Source: Octopus bimaculoides
Taxonomy: Eukaryota
Length of the DNA stretch: 64,000 nt
Assembly (NCBI RefSeq): GCF_001194135.2
Contig: NC_068992.1
Location: forward strand, 17,877,205-17,941,204
Direction: 5' to 3'
Program-made: the position numbers and the translations under genes
Shown: in pieces, positions 62,190 to 64,000 of the stretch
Position numbering within the stretch: position 1 is the first letter of the stretch
Layout: every line of letters begins with the position of its first letter
Notes under the pieces: model-generated
Seen by the model: the letters and a program-made list of their open reading frames with translations, nothing else
What the model was told of the DNA's origin: nothing
The model's database searches: none

Positions 62190-63760
62190 GGATATAAAGT
62201 ACTGCATCCAGTGGCTCGACAATGAAATTCCAGTCTACATTGATTGTTGAAAATCTTGAACATTCGCTGATGGCAAATCTCCTGGAAACACTACTTTTAA
62301 GTCTGCAGATGAAACCATTGATATTTCGGCGGCTGGACGATGCACTGTTTGTTGTTGTTCCCCGGATCAATGACTGTAAAAATTTCTTGCAAGTATTTCT
62401 TTTGATTGCTAGTCCGTGAGCAAACTAGGTGAATTTATTTTATCCAAGCTCCACGAATTCTTGGAGTAAATGTGTTGCTGTGACTACAGACGGTTGTGAC
62501 TGCACACAAAAAAAAAAAAATAAAAGATAGGAAAAAAAAAAAGCACTGCTCACATCAAAAAGAAACTCCATATTTTTACCTTTTACATTGTTCTTTAGTT
62601 CAGAAAAGAAACTAAGCATTTGTTGCAATAGCCAGAGAAACTAATTTCACGAATTGTTACAAGCTGTGTTGAAGATTGTCAATGCTATTGGCTCAAAAGC
62701 AATAAATGTAAATAACTAAAGATTTTTCTGTTTACAGAGTTTTCAAAGAATACTTTTTCTTTTATCTTTTACTTGTTTCAGTCATTGGAATTGTGGCCAT
62801 ACTGGGGCACTGCTTTGAAGTCTTTAGTCGAACATATCGACCTCTGTACTTATTGGTAAGTCTGGTACTTACTCTATCGATGTTTCAGCCGAATATCTAA
62901 GTTACGGAGACATAAACAGACCAGCGATGGCTGTCAAGCGATGGTTAGCAACAAACACAGACAAAAAAACCCACACGCACACAAAGATACTCACACACAC
63001 GAACACACACATATACACACACACACATATACACGCACACACACATACGTGTGCGCAAAAAGACTTCCACACAGTTCCCTTTATGAAATTTACTCACAAG
63101 ACATTAGTCAGTCAGAGGTTACAGTTGAAGGCAATTGTTCTAGGTGCCCCGCAGAAGGACAGAACCCAAAACTCTGTGGGTGCAAAGCGAGATTCTCAAC
63201 TACGCAAGCCATGCTTGCATTTCATGTGATTCTACTCCTGCATTCTGTTTTCGATAGTCGCCATCTAGAAGAGTTCCTAACAGAGTATTATTCTCGAAGA
63301 ATGAATTGTCTGTATTATTTACTAAGCAATGAATTTCAACAATGGTTGTTTTGGTTTTACCAAATTGTGTTGCATGACTTTTAAATATTTAATCGGCTCA
63401 ACTTGTCACTTGAAGGCAAAAGAAGTGACATTTTCAATATTGTTGGTAAGATAGAAGCCATAACACAGAAGCTCAGAGAAGATGGCATAGTAACGGTTGT
63501 CAACGAAATTTTCTCTAGTTCCTTATACATGGAGAGAATCATCATAAAATGTGAGTGGAAATGGAAGCAGGCCGATTTAGAGAAAAACACTGAAGACCAA
63601 AATTTCTGACCATATACTATTGCTGTATACAATTTTCGATATACGGAAACTAGAAAAAATATTTAAAAAACGACTATATCTGTGTCAAATACCTGAAACG
63701 TTGAGGAAATTTCTTTTCGAATACACTCACGAATAATCCTTTGAAATGTACATACAATAT
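62190..63760 (+). mobile_element. hAT (Buster/Charlie-like) transposase relic, interrupted by a SINE
   Basis: Colinear motifs across frameshifts: SLQ/DETIDIS, KCVAVTTDG, LHCSLV, LLQAVLKIVNAIGSKA, LLLHS..R*SPSRRV, LNLSLEGKRSDIFNIVGKIEAITQKL. Confidence 0.7.
62753..63216 (-). mobile_element. SINE family C inserted into the hAT relic
   Basis: cttttacttgtttcagtcatt...gtcaagcgatgg...(CA)n...actcacaag...caagccatgctt. Confidence 0.8.
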
Positions 63761-64000
63761 GGAGAACATAGGAATGCTTTATTGCTCTCTCTGAATACAA
63801 ATTAGTCACTGGGAAGTTCCTAAGATCGTTCAATCACTTGCAATGACATCAGTACAACTTTGCTGGTTAAGAAAATGTTTGCGCCCTTATTCAGGGTATT
63901 GATTTGGTCACACGTATTGCATTTGAAGGAAACTGCATCTCGATCTAACTGGCTTGTCACACTCAGGCACTCATAATAAGAATATATATATATATATATA

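Overview
AT-rich, microsatellite-dense eukaryotic (animal) genomic DNA from a draft assembly with 17 N gaps. The repeat content resembles a cephalopod (octopus-like) genome; this is an inference from the repeat families, not a database result. No host protein-coding gene can be identified with confidence: the long ORFs in the track run through N gaps or microsatellites, and only a few weak splice-flanked candidate exons remain. The window is mostly fossil mobile DNA. It holds about 40 copies or fragments of at least four tRNA-derived SINE families (labelled A, B, C, E here), remnants of Penelope-like (GIY-YIG), RTE and CR1/L2-type retroelements, a hAT (Buster/Charlie-like) transposase relic, a Tigger/pogo-like MITE and an (AAT)n-embedded element. 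The most interesting signals are four hammerhead-ribozyme-like motifs. One lies in a Penelope 3' region just downstream of a tRNA-like Pol III A-box, and two are nested inside the internal microsatellite of family-C SINEs. Also notable: a ~297-bp palindrome beside a 23-bp-stem hairpin, a SINE block flanked by a >=68-bp direct repeat, and a tRNA-Ala 3' half broken at the anticodon position by a (TA)n run.
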